Positions 47,599 through 59,147 of a stretch of 64,000 bases of DNA are shown here, piece after piece. The position numbers and the translations under genes were made by a program. Under the pieces are notes generated by a model, which was given only the letters and a program-made list of their open reading frames with translations, searched no databases and was not told where the DNA came from. The stretch is from Psammoneis japonica (lineage: Eukaryota), in NCBI GenBank assembly GCA_008632985.1, contig QPGO01000008.1:600979-664978 (forward strand), given 5' to 3'. Positions within the stretch are counted from its first letter, which is position 1, and every line of letters begins with the position of its first letter.

Positions 47599-48318
47599 AG
47601 GTCCTTCCAACTTGATTCCTGGGGGGCTGCACAATCCTACACCGTTGTCTCGTCTGCGTGTCTCGGTGTGTGTTAGCTCTCGTCTAGTAGTAGTGTCTAA
47701 AAGATAGAGATGCCACCTTCTAATCATGGGCTCTGCCACACGGGAAAGTCATCAAACTTGTCAGCAACAGCAAGTAACAAACTGCTACCAGATCGAACGC
47801 CAGCAGGTTGGACAGAGTCGCCTTCTTCGTGATCAAGTGCAAAAATTTCGTCGGCTGTCAGCGACGAGTTCAGGCAGAAATCGAGATCAAGCATTTTATA
47901 AGCTGATGATGGGTTGGATTTTATCTACAAATTGTGGTGTCCCCACAGTGTTCATTTAATGAGCACGGATTTTTGGATACCCCACTTTCGTTTTTTGATA
48001 AAGGAGGAAAGAATCCAGCGGCACATCTATCAACCTGGTATCACAATGTCAATTTGTGGGCTTCAATGGGCCGCTGGGGCATGCGTACGTGGTCGTCGAA
48101 AAGAGAACATAAGGGGGAGGTTCGCCAAGTCTTCGCTGCTATTAATTTGCAGGCCCCATTGTCCAAACGAATTTGCATAGCTGTATTCAGCAATGGCTTA
48201 AAGTCAATGGAGCTCATCCAGAAAAGTGGAGAAGTCAGTCTTTACAATAATGTTTACACACTATGAGCTGCCATATAAAAGATAATAGTGAGCCTAGAGT
48301 AGAGAAGGAAACCAGTCC

Positions 48319-48990
48319 TCAGTAACGATCCGTCATTTGTTGGCTTGTGGGAGCAGAGCTCTTCTCGCGAAGCTCGACCTCGTGATACACCTTAAAAGTG
48401 AAATCGAATTCAAGTGCAAGTTAGGGTAGGAAACGAGGACAGCCACACTGCACACACCAACACACACCCGAGAACCTTACCTGGGCGGACATGCAGCCTG
48501 AAACGCAACAGAAAACGATATCCGCAATAAGGTTCACAATAGCCACAATTGCATCGTCTCCCTCAAAATCGATGCAAATGTTCAGGCAGCTAAGGCAACA
48601 GGCAAGAACCTGGAGGCAATTGTTGCACCGGATTAAACGAACGTCGTCTTGGTCCAAGCCAAGTGAATACCGCTCACGAATCACCATAGAGGTAGCACTT
48701 CCAGCTGCTCCGGGGCAAATGCATGACTCAAGGCACATGCAGGGGCATGGGCATGATGACTCGCCCATGCTACCCGGCTGAAGACAACAACACCCACCAA
48801 AGTAGCCTTGGCAACATTTATAGTTAGACCAACCCGAGCCAGGCTCGACGTGATTGAGGACCTTCTTTCGCATGTGCACCTGGGCACAGCAGAAGCAAAA
48901 CATCGAGGAAAGGAAGCAACAAGGCTCTTTACACGGGGCTTGGCACATTGTGATGTCAAACTTGCTCTGATTGCCGGCGAATTCTCCCAT
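48319..48990 (-). CDS. PLAC8 family cysteine-rich protein, at least 2 exons
   Basis: CCFLSSMFCFCCAQ..R, CCQGYFG, CMCLESCICPG, IRERYSL; last exon VYHEVELREKSSAPTSQQMTDRY*. Contains normal TA/Tyr codons, unlike the artefactual Cys-rich ORFs. Confidence 0.8.
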
Positions 48991-51428
48991 GGCCGCGCCG
49001 TATTTTCCGTTCTATAAAAGATGAGCAAGATAGAACGGGTCAAAGTGAGAAATGTTCGGCGTTCTTTTTGGAAACAGTGAAATTTGTTATCAAAGCCTTC
49101 TTTCGCATGTTGCATCTGGTCCCAGCTTAAACAAGACATCGAGGAAAGGGAGCAACAATAACAAGGCTCCATGCGGCGCGGTCTGTCAAACTCACCATCT
49201 CATTCTGCCCGAGGGGCTCTGCCGAGAAGCAAAACAAACACATGCTCGACTCTATTGATCGCTTTCCTCGAAACAATTAGATTCGATACGTTATGAGGGA
49301 TATAGGTTAGATAAAGCGATTATCGGTAATGCTGAGAGCTAGCTCGGGGTACGGTAGTTTGTAGTTGAGTCTCAACGCGTCAAGCTTTAGCTGAGACCTG
49401 AGAACCTTAAGAATTAAAACACACAGTGTTCATGCATCATGGATACGTATGATGCGATGGCATCAAAAATCAAAAGTGAACTTTATCGCGCATGCGTCGC
49501 TCGCGTGTCACACGCAACGGGACTCCCACTGCTCGAGTGTGGGTGGGCCTAAGTAATTCTAAAAACCGTTAACGGCCGTTACTATGTAATTTGGTAGTAT
49601 TTTGGTACTCTATATATGAGGTATTTATGTAGAAATTACGTACGTACAAATATTAGGGGAAGCAAGCGTAGAGAAGAGACGACGCGAGCGAAGCACGAGC
49701 GAAGAGACCGACAATGATGCAAGTGCCGGAGAGAGACGCAAGGAGAGCAATCCAACGATATTGCAAGGGCGCAAAAGAGAGAAAAGATCTATTTGAGTTA
49801 GTACCATATCTTCAATAAAAAGAACAAAGCAAGAAGACATTGGCATGCACAAAAACTTGCACAAAGAAGCAAGGCACCAGCGCCTGCAAAATGACCACAT
49901 CTGCGGTGACATGGAACAACACAAGGAGGTGAGAACATACTTTTCTACAAATACAATGCAACAACGAGCAAACGACCAATAGAAACTCACCAGTAGGGTC
50001 AAAACTTGGGGTGCCTGGATCGTCAACGGCGGGAGGAACGACAGATGAAAGAGAGGCAGCTGGCTCCACGGAGCAGGACGACAAAAGCAGGCGGTAGATC
50101 GGCATGAGCAATGGCAGAAAGTCGGCGCTTGGGATCGAGTGACTCGTCCAGTCCATAAAAGTCGTGGCAGTAGCTTGGAGAATGGAGGCAGCGCCATGGT
50201 GGGACGGCATGGACCGGGACAGAAGCAGCGCGCCATGGTGGAACGTTGGCGGAGCCAAAAACGGTGACGGCGACGGTGTAGACCCACGGACTTCGACATC
50301 CCCATCTTCGAGTCCTACACATCAAGACACGGGACAAGGAGGTTCAAGGTGAGCGCCATTGCGAACAAGAACGGGGGAAAACGAGACTTGATTCCGCGAG
50401 AATCAGAACTCACCACATTTTGAGTCATTCTGACCCATTCTAGAGCCGTGGCTCACTCACATGGCACGACCCAATGGCGTGCAACACTGTCAAGCAAGGC
50501 AGGGGTCGGGAGTCGGTGTCGCACCGGTCAAATCGGCCAAAAGCGCCATTGTCGGAGGGAGCGGTGGTTGTCGATCGGCCGCTCGGAAAAATTATGAGCC
50601 ATCAACTCGACCGCGCACCGTTCGGAGTCGAACAAAATTTCTCGGCACAAAATGCACACAAATGTACGTCAGTGTAAAAATCGTGTAGACGGGTTGTAAG
50701 TAGAACCGTTGCTGTCTCTATGTAGACTACAAGGATTCTGCCGTTAAACTGCACCAATGTGTGCAATTCTACGTGGTCGATTTGAATCAATCCCACCAAC
50801 GTTTTTGAGTTTCGATCGCAATGACGGCTTTAGGTGCTGAGATGAATGTGACACACAAGTTTGAATTAAACATCATGTGCATCGTTGGCAATTTTGAATG
50901 ATTGCGCGACTGCCAGTCGGCACCAAAAACCGTCGCCAACAAGCAAACCTGCAGTGCAAAAGCACTCTTTGCAGTGCTTTGGCACTTCAGTCTTGCACAT
51001 GAAAGCGCTCCCCAAGTGGTTGACGGTCGAATTGCATGTGCAAAATCCTCACAGCGGGAGACCCTACATGCGCTCCCGTGTGCACTCAACGCGCCTCGGT
51101 TACGACCTTCTCGTTGGGTTGCACAATGGCGAGAACGACCCACAGCTTGTCGTGTGGCCTTCTCGTCGGGCCAAACCCGCCTCGTTGGTCTCCACCTCGT
51201 CACTTGGACCCTTCTCGTCGGGTTCAGCGGGGCTGAACCCTCCTCGTTGGGCTCCACAAGTGCACAGGGCGCGCACCTGCAGAACGCAACTGTGCACCCC
51301 TGTGGCAGGGGAGCTGTGTGTGTGTGCGTGGTTGTGCGCGCACGGCTTCGCCGTGCGTTGAGTTTTAATGTTGATGTCCACACGAATGTGCACATTCCAT
51401 GAGCAAAAATTCCCATTCCACAGCTCCC

Positions 51429-53218
51429 CTAAAACTCTAACCACCAAAAACTGAGGGGTCGGAAGCGCACTTTCGGGAGCTCTTTTTCTCCGCACAAAAA
51501 ACACGCGTTTCGTCGACTCGACCATGATGATGCCTCATGGTTCTTCCCCATCGCCTTCCCAGGATGCCGATCCCACTTGCACCGTTGCCAATGACACTGA
51601 CACAACAGGTGATGTCATTGTTCTGGTTCTCGTGGGTGTGACACGTGCAAAATGAGATGCTGCAAACTCACACTGTTGTTTGCACGCTCCACCGCCTCCC
51701 ACAGATGCTGTCATGAATTCCAGCGCCGCACCTGCGTTTCGGGCCCCTGGCATGCCCGACACTGTTGCTCCTGCCCTTGCTGCCGCAGGTGCTGTTGACA
51801 CTGTCATTGCATTTTGCCAATGACGTCCACAATGAAGTGCTGGTGACTCACACTTCTTTCATTCTCACCCCACCGCCTCCCACAGATGCCATCACGAATT
51901 CCAATGCCGCACCTGCGTTTCGGCCCCCTGGCATGCCCGACACTGTCACTCCTGCCCTCGCTGCCGCAGGTGCTGTTGACACTGTCATTGTCTTTTGCCA
52001 ATGACATCCACAACAAAATGCTTGTAACTCACACTTCTTTCATTCTCGCCCCACCGCCTCCCACAGACACTGTCACGAATTCCAACGCCGCACCTGCGTT
52101 TCGGCCCCCTGGCATGCCCGACACTGTTGATCCCACCCTCACTGCTGCAGCCACTGTTGACACTGTTGTTGTTTTTGCTTTGGAAGGAAGACAATGGATG
52201 ACAGATGACGGCGGACCAGGAAACCCACGCAACCACGGCCTGCTGATGGACGACACATCAATGGACATGAATGGTGCCTCTTGGTTGGCTCTCGAGTGTG
52301 GTCCAGTCTTTAGAACACACAGACACATTGTGCAGCTCTCTGTAAATTAGAAACCTGACAACAATTAGATGGCAGGCATGCTTTCACAGTTTTTTAGTTT
52401 CAAGTTGGAGAGGTCAGCGAGTTGGCATTTGTTTGCAGGCGACTTGGCAAGGTTTCAAATGGTGCATGTGACTTGGACACTGCTCCATTTTCCAGGACTG
52501 GGTCATCATGTGCAGCTCCACAAGAGGCCACTCTCGCCATTTGAATTCTGCATGTGATGTGCAACATGCTGTTTTTGTGTGTTGCCAAAATGGAGGCAGG
52601 CAGCAACGTGCTTTTGGCAAATGCTCACCATGTTTGTCACTGTTAGACCTTCAAAACTGGTGCCTTGTCGACAGCCATGCTGCCACTTTGCATGCTGGCA
52701 CCTTCTCTGCCCGCACTCCATTGGCTGCGTCCTCCTTCACATGTTGCTGCAGTTCATCTTGACACTTGTTGTTGGCTCCGATTGGCTCCGCTGGGCTCTG
52801 GGTGAGTCTCAATCACCTCCAGACAGACAAGGTTCTGCTTGGAAACAATCATCCTGAGAAAGGTCATCGCCACACCTCCTGTCATAGATGCTCCTCTGCC
52901 ACGCCCACTGAACCTTGACGTCGGTTTGTTGCTTTTGTTTTTTGACCTGGTTTCGGAGCTGCACCCCAGACCGTTTGAGAGAAGGCTCATCAGCACCTTC
53001 CACAACACGGCGACACGAACGAGAATCCAGTTTCTCCGGGGACGCAATGACAGGAGCAGACCAATCACGGCGCTGTGTTTGTGTTTCAGGCACAGGATCC
53101 GGCGAAGAACGGGAGGTCGTCATGGTCGAGTCGACGAAACGCGTGTTTTTTGTGCGGAGAAAAAGAGCTCCCAAAAGTGCGCTTCCGACCCCTCGGTTTT
53201 TGGTGGTTAGAGTTTTAG
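51429..53218. mobile_element. Non-autonomous TIR element, 1790 bp, with 102-bp TIRs and a possible CCC TSD
   Basis: 51429-51530 is the reverse complement of 53117-53218 with 3 mismatches, all at CpG. Ends are CTAAAAC...GTTTTAG. CCC flanks both sides. No recognisable transposase. Confidence 0.85.
51666..52178. repeat. 181-bp tandem repeat, about 2.8 copies, inside the TIR element
   Basis: ACCGCCTCCCACAGA recurs at 51691, 51872 and 52053. Confidence 0.9.
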
Positions 53219-53230
53219 CCCCGCTCGCGT

Positions 53231-54312
53231 TGTGCATAGCATGCCACGCACAGACATTTTTGCAAATTATCGCCAAAATCGCGCATGTGCATAGCATGCT
53301 ATGCACAACTCAATTTTTTGGCGCCTTTTGGTCATCCCATTAATCAACCACTTTGAAGTATCTGGAAAGACCTTATTGTGTCAAACATGTCAGACGCCTT
53401 TGACGTTCTTGTTGACCCACTTGACGCGGTTGATGTGGTACACGTGTAATGAGATACAGCGATTCTCGTAGAAACCAGGTAGAAAAATACTTGTGTAACT
53501 TCTCGTACAAAAGCTACGCACTAGCCTCGCCAAAAAGTGACTACACTTCCAAGGTCACTGGAACAAGAAAGCTGCCAGATTGAAGGCTGTCCATTAAACA
53601 TGGTAACAAGTATTGAGTCAACGTCAATAAACGCTATGTGTGTCATACTGAATCGAGGTACTTAGAACTTGAGCGACTCAAACCTTGTGCATAGTATACT
53701 ATGCACAACGTAGAATTCTACGTAAAAAATCCCGCCAAAATTGACCAACTTCTGTGGCATTAAGGCGGGTCATCCCCCACTTTTTTTAGCTCGAATTTGG
53801 CCGAATAGCTCGTGATTTGCATGATTTTTCTTGAATTTCACCGTGCTTCACCGTGGTGAAAACATCAAGCCATAAGTCTGTGACGGAGGTGGGCCGTGCG
53901 TCAACTTTCATTTATTTTATGCTTGTTGTGTATCTAAGGTCACATATACATCAAATGTTTGCGCACGGACCACTACGTTTTGGACTTATGTCGATATTAC
54001 CGTCATCGTCGTGCTTCGATCACGGTGCCTGATGTTCTCGTTTTCGTGCGCGATCGGGGGTGAATGTAAATAATTTTTGTATTCAAAAATAAACACTATA
54101 AATATCCTTATTCAAATGCCACGATAATTTCTAGGATAAACGCGGGGATGACCCGCCTTAAACAGCCATGTAAGACCCATGGCGGAAGCTGTCCTTTGCA
54201 GCCTGTTGCGACTGTCGAGTGTACTGAAAGATTCGGTATGTCTATAGAAATATAATGTCTCGGGGAAGTTTCGCGACACCTCTGAAACCTTGTGCATAGC
54301 ATGCTATGCACA
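53231..54312. repeat. Four dispersed copies of a 22-24 bp palindrome TGTGCATAG(C/T)AT(G/A)CTATGCACA
   Basis: Copies at 53231-53252 (degenerate), 53286-53307, 53685-53708 and 54291-54312. Confidence 0.85.
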
Positions 54313-54499
54313 CAGCGCGCGGAGTGGGGTTAGGGGTGTGAGAATGTGGTTCAGGATTTTTCCTGCTACTATTAGCATTTGTGTACAAATGCATAAATAA
54401 ATGTGAGGACATTTATATATAAAAATATAATGAATAAGATATAAACTGCCACGTAACCATGACATCACCATATTCTCCCCTACCGACCACAGGGGTGGC

Positions 54500-54780
54500 A
54501 ACTATGGTAGTACTCTCTACTCTCTCTAGCTAGCTAGAGCTAGAGTCGTCTAAGTACTACCGGTAACTGTAGTTACCCAGTTGGCCATTGTTTAGCTCCA
54601 CATTACTACGTCTACAGTAGAAGTAGAGGGCCTTATTCTCTCTATCTTGTTGCTAGCTAGTAGAGTGTAGCTACAGTACGGTAGAACATACAGTAGGCAT
54701 CCCTGTAGTAGCCTCTAAGGGGAGAGTCTAACTACCGTAGGTAGAGAAAAAATTACTATCTCTAGCATATATATGGTACA
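54500..54780. promoter_or_regulatory. Intergenic CTAG/TAG-rich tract
   Basis: gtagtactctctactctctctagctagctagagctagag...gctagctagtagagtgtagctacagtac. Confidence 0.4.
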
Positions 54781-54823
54781 ACAAACGTTCTCTCGCTAGA
54801 AAAGAGGTATGATCATTATAAAG

Positions 54824-57800
54824 CTAATTCTTCTTCTCGAGCGCAGCTTGTCTCTCGAAATTTTGGATTGCTTCTTCGATGTCCGACACCTTTTTCTCTA
54901 AACCAGCCAACTTTTCTGCATTGGCAGCCTTAAGATCCGGCTTCACCTTCTCTTCGTATCCTGGAGCACCGATTTTCTTTTTTAGGTTCTCAAGAGCAGG
55001 CATTGTCTTCTTCAGGTTCTTCTTCAATTTCGCAATCTCCGCATCGAAGTCCACTAATCCAGTGAGATCCATGAGGACCGAGGTTTGGTCGTCCACCACC
55101 GCAATACCAGCACTATCAGGAATGTCACTTTCTTCGACATTGACATGGACCTCCGATGCTTTTCCTAGTGTCTTGATGTCATCAATCTGCGACCTTATCG
55201 CTTCTTCGCCCGAACCAGCGATCTTCACATAGAAAGTTGTAAGGATCTTGTTTCCGATGTTGTAGTGCGATCGATGTGAGCGACATGCCTTGATTACTTT
55301 CATGGTCGTTGCCATTGAGTCCTCGCATTGAGAGTCTTTGTACGAATCAGTGCACTCGGGGTATGGAGCCAACATAATCGTTTCAGGCTCGTTCTCCCCT
55401 AGGGTACCACGTCCCGGAAGGCGTTGCCAAAGCTCCTCCGTCACGAACGGCATCATGGGGTGCAAGAGCCGCAAGCCGGTTTCCATGGCGAGCCACAACG
55501 TCGCCTGTGCTGCCCATCGCTTGTCTTTATTGTCGTCACTCTTGTCATACACAATTGGCTTAATGAGTTCTAGGTACACGTCACAAAGGTCATCGATCCA
55601 CAGAGAATATGCAGCCTGTTGCGCATCTCCAAACTTGTACGCCGTAAGGAAGTTGTTCACACTCTCGCAGGCTGACATCAGACGAGAAACCATGAAGCGA
55701 TCGCGAATGGCCATCTTGTTGCTCGACATGAGATCATCCAAGAGCGTCGGTGTCGGTTCAAAATCAGAAACAAACTGCAGAGCAAAACGCGTCGCATTCC
55801 ACAATTTATTGCAGAAGTTGCGGTAGCCAACAACACGTTTGATATCCAAGTTCACGTCCCGGCCTTGCACCGTGTACGCCAACAGCCCAATACGGAGAGC
55901 GTCAGAACCGCATTCCGGAATGCCATCCGGAAAGTCTGCTTCTTGGTCTTTCTTGGCTTTAGCTACTTCTTTCGCAGGAAGATTTCCGCCGTCCAACTTG
56001 GCGAGCAACGAATCAAGAGTACATCCATTGATCACTTCCAATGGATCAATCACGTTGCCCAGCGACTTGGACATTTTTCTACCGTCCTTGTCACGAACCA
56101 TTGCATGAAGGAAAACGGTGTGAAAAGGTAACTGATCAGTAAGTTCAAGACCCATCATCACCATTCGCGCAACCCAAAAGAAGAGAATGTCCAGGCCGGT
56201 CTCTAGAAGAGAGGTGGGATAGAATGCCTTTAAATCATCTGTGTTCTCGGGCCAGCCCATAACGGAGAACGGAAAGAGACCGGAAGAAAACCACGTGTCA
56301 AGAACGTCCTCGTCACGCTCGAGATCGATTTCTTCGCGTGAGCATCCAAGTACCTTCTCAGCCTTTTCATAGGCGTCCTCTTCACTTCTGGCGACCACCC
56401 AACGGTCGTTGTGTTCCATGTCATTCTTATCCACGCCAGTTTCTCCTTTCTTTGTTGCAAACCACGCTGGGATTTGGTGTCCCCACCAGAGCTGACGACT
56501 CACGCACCAGTCCCGAATATTGTCGAGCCACTGAAACCACGTTTTCTCGTGATCCTTGGGAACGATTTTCAGGTCGCCTTTGCGGACAGCGTCTGTAGCA
56601 CGCTTCGCCATGTCGTTGCAATTGACATACCACTGGGGTGTAATCATGGGTTCCAAGATATCCCCTGAACGCGAGCACAAACCAAGACGCATCTTGTTCG
56701 GCTCCTTGCCTTTGTACAGACCCTGTTGTAATGGGCGGCGAAAGAGTTTGTAAGATCAAGTAAGCAAGTATACAGAGAGATCTTTTCAGAGTTGGGGAAG
56801 CACGTACCTTTTCCTTCAGAGCTTCTTCCACAGCAATACGAGCATCGTATCGCATCATTCCTTCAAACTGACTCCCGTTGTGGTTAATAGCACCATTTGG
56901 CGCGAGGACGGTGATGAACTCTAGCCCATGTCGCTTGCCGCACTCGTAATCATTAGGATCGTGCGCTGGAGTAATTTTCACAGCACCCGTTCCGAATTCC
57001 ATGTCCACTAGATCTTTATCACAAATAATAGGGATTCGTCGGTTGTTGAAGGGATGCACAACATGCTTCCCGTGCAAGTGTTTGTACCGGGGGTCGTCCG
57101 GATGAACTGCGACGGCGGTATCGCCCAACATTGTCTCCAAACGCGTTGTCGCTACCACCAACACCTCCTCCGAATCCTCAATAGGATACGCAAAGCTTGT
57201 CAAGGTTCCAAATTCATACCGACCCCTTGCATCGTTTGGATTTCCAGGATGCGTTTTCACGTCCAGAAAGGTTCGTCCTTCCAAATCGATATAGTCCACT
57301 TCAATGTCGGAAATGGCCGATTTGAGGGCGCAGCTCCAGTTACCCAATCGATTGGCACGGTACAGCAATCCTTTCTCGTGGAATTGATTGAAGGCTTCTA
57401 GCACGGCATTGCTCAACATGTCGTCCATGGTGAATCGTTCTCTAGACCAATCGACGCTGGATCCGAGACATCTGAGCTGAGTAGTGATGCGGTTGCCGTA
57501 CTCGTGTTTCCATTCCCACACTTTCTTAACGAATTCTTCCCGTCCCAGGTCATGCCTGTTCTGCCCAGTTTCCTTCATGATCATCTTTTCCACAACCGAC
57601 TGCGTAGCAATTCCCGCATGGTCCGTGCCTAGTTTTAGCAAAGAGAATGTCGAAACCAAAAACAATGAGAAACTCATGGGAGAAAGAATGCCATTGTGCG
57701 TTGGAACAAAAAATTGCTATTGCATGGAGTCGATTGCTATTGCAGTGCACTATTGAGCGATGACCCGGCCACGTGCTTAGCTGCCCAGCGAACCCATGCG

Positions 57801-58471
57801 TGTGATGAGTGTTGGCAACTAACAACATAGTTCTCTTACCAGGAACATAGAGAGTGGCGTGGCCTTTCATACGATGCCATCTCGTCAAGGTATCTTCTAC
57901 AGCGGCCGTAAGAGCGTGCCCTAAATGCAAAGACCCGGTAACGTTGGGAGGAGGTATCACCATAACGAACTTCTCCTCCTCGGACTTGGTTGAGGCGAAC
58001 TTTGGATCACACGAGTAGAATCCTTTGGCTTCCCACCAGTCCTGCCACGCAGCTTCGACCGCTTTAGGATGATATGCATCGGCCATCGGAGTTGCTGATA
58101 AATCCTTCTTTTCTCCCTTGGGCGTCGTGTTCACGAAGACGGGGGCTGGAGGAGCTTGGGGTTTCTTGGCCTTCTTCTTTCCCTCGCCCCACTGTGGCTT
58201 CTCCTTCTTCTTCTTCCCCTGAGTATGGGCATCATTCAATTGTCAATTGTGATCTGTCAGCACAGCGGCTTTGCTTTTCAAAAGTACACATAACACACAG
58301 ATATGTTTGTTATCAACATCTTACCTTCCCCTTGGCCAGCTTCTTCAGCGCATTCTTCGACAGCTTCTTCTCGCCTTCTTCGCCCTGCCCGGCTTCAGGC
58401 TGTTGCTCATCTGCTTTTTTGCTCTCGTCGGATATCTCCATGGCCGCGAGTTTTTCATCCGCGTCCGTCAT
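54824..58471 (-). CDS. VARS: Valyl-tRNA synthetase (cytosolic), 4 exons
   Basis: [50 protein letters not shown]-terminal coiled coil. Confidence 0.96.
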
Positions 58472-58704
58472 GATTCAAACTCGTCAACGAGACAAACTCT
58501 GGCACGTTTCGTCGAATGCGTTTCAGGTGTTGACACACGTCTGGTAAACTAATAATATGATCGATTGCGTCCGCGTCTGAAGTCTGAACCTTGTGTTGCG
58601 GTGCGGTGGTTTGTGTCGGTTCGTGTCTGCTTTCCATCGGTTGAATGAGGGCGGCAGAACCACAAATTTCCATGCGCATCATTCTTGCTTTGTCGCGCAA
58701 CATT

Positions 58705-59020
58705 GCTACCGTAGCTACTCTCTACTCTACTCTCTAGAGCTAGTAATAGTAGAGCTGGGCCCCGCAGGTAGACTCCTCTCAACCGTACTGTACGGTACTC
58801 TACTAACTCTAGCTCTCTCTCTAGAGCTCTCTACTAGCTAGTGGGCCCTAGCTAGAGGTACTCTCTAGAGAGTAGAGAGCTAGAGTAGAGTACTTCTAGC
58901 TACTAGTAGAGAGGGTCCTACCGGTAGCTAGAGTTTGGTCGGATGAGATCGCCATTATCTGGCACTATTTGAATACCCTCTACTAGAGAGGTCTACTCTA
59001 CCTAGACAGCAGTACTAGAT
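58705..59020. promoter_or_regulatory. Long CTAG-rich intergenic tract upstream of ValRS
   Basis: ctactctctactctactctctagagctagtaatagtagag...ctctagctctctctctagagctctctactagctagtgggccctagctagag. Confidence 0.45.
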
Positions 59021-59147
59021 GCCGGCATCCATTGATTCAGCTAGGCCGCAAGAGTACGGTATCAAAGAAAATGCTTCAACTATATTAGATTCCTCATTGC
59101 ATTATTCATAATATATTGATGTCATATCTCATCTTGTTGGTTCCAAT

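Noticed and set aside
53231..54312. CRISPR-like array
   Set aside because: Spacing is irregular (55, ~400, ~605 bp), there are no cas genes, and the context is eukaryotic.
54476..54512. Helitron 3' hairpin (CCCCT...AGGGG); similar hairpin at ~49525-49550
   Set aside because: The stems are short, there is no clean CTRR terminus at the expected distance for the 54476 hairpin, and no matching 5' end could be identified.
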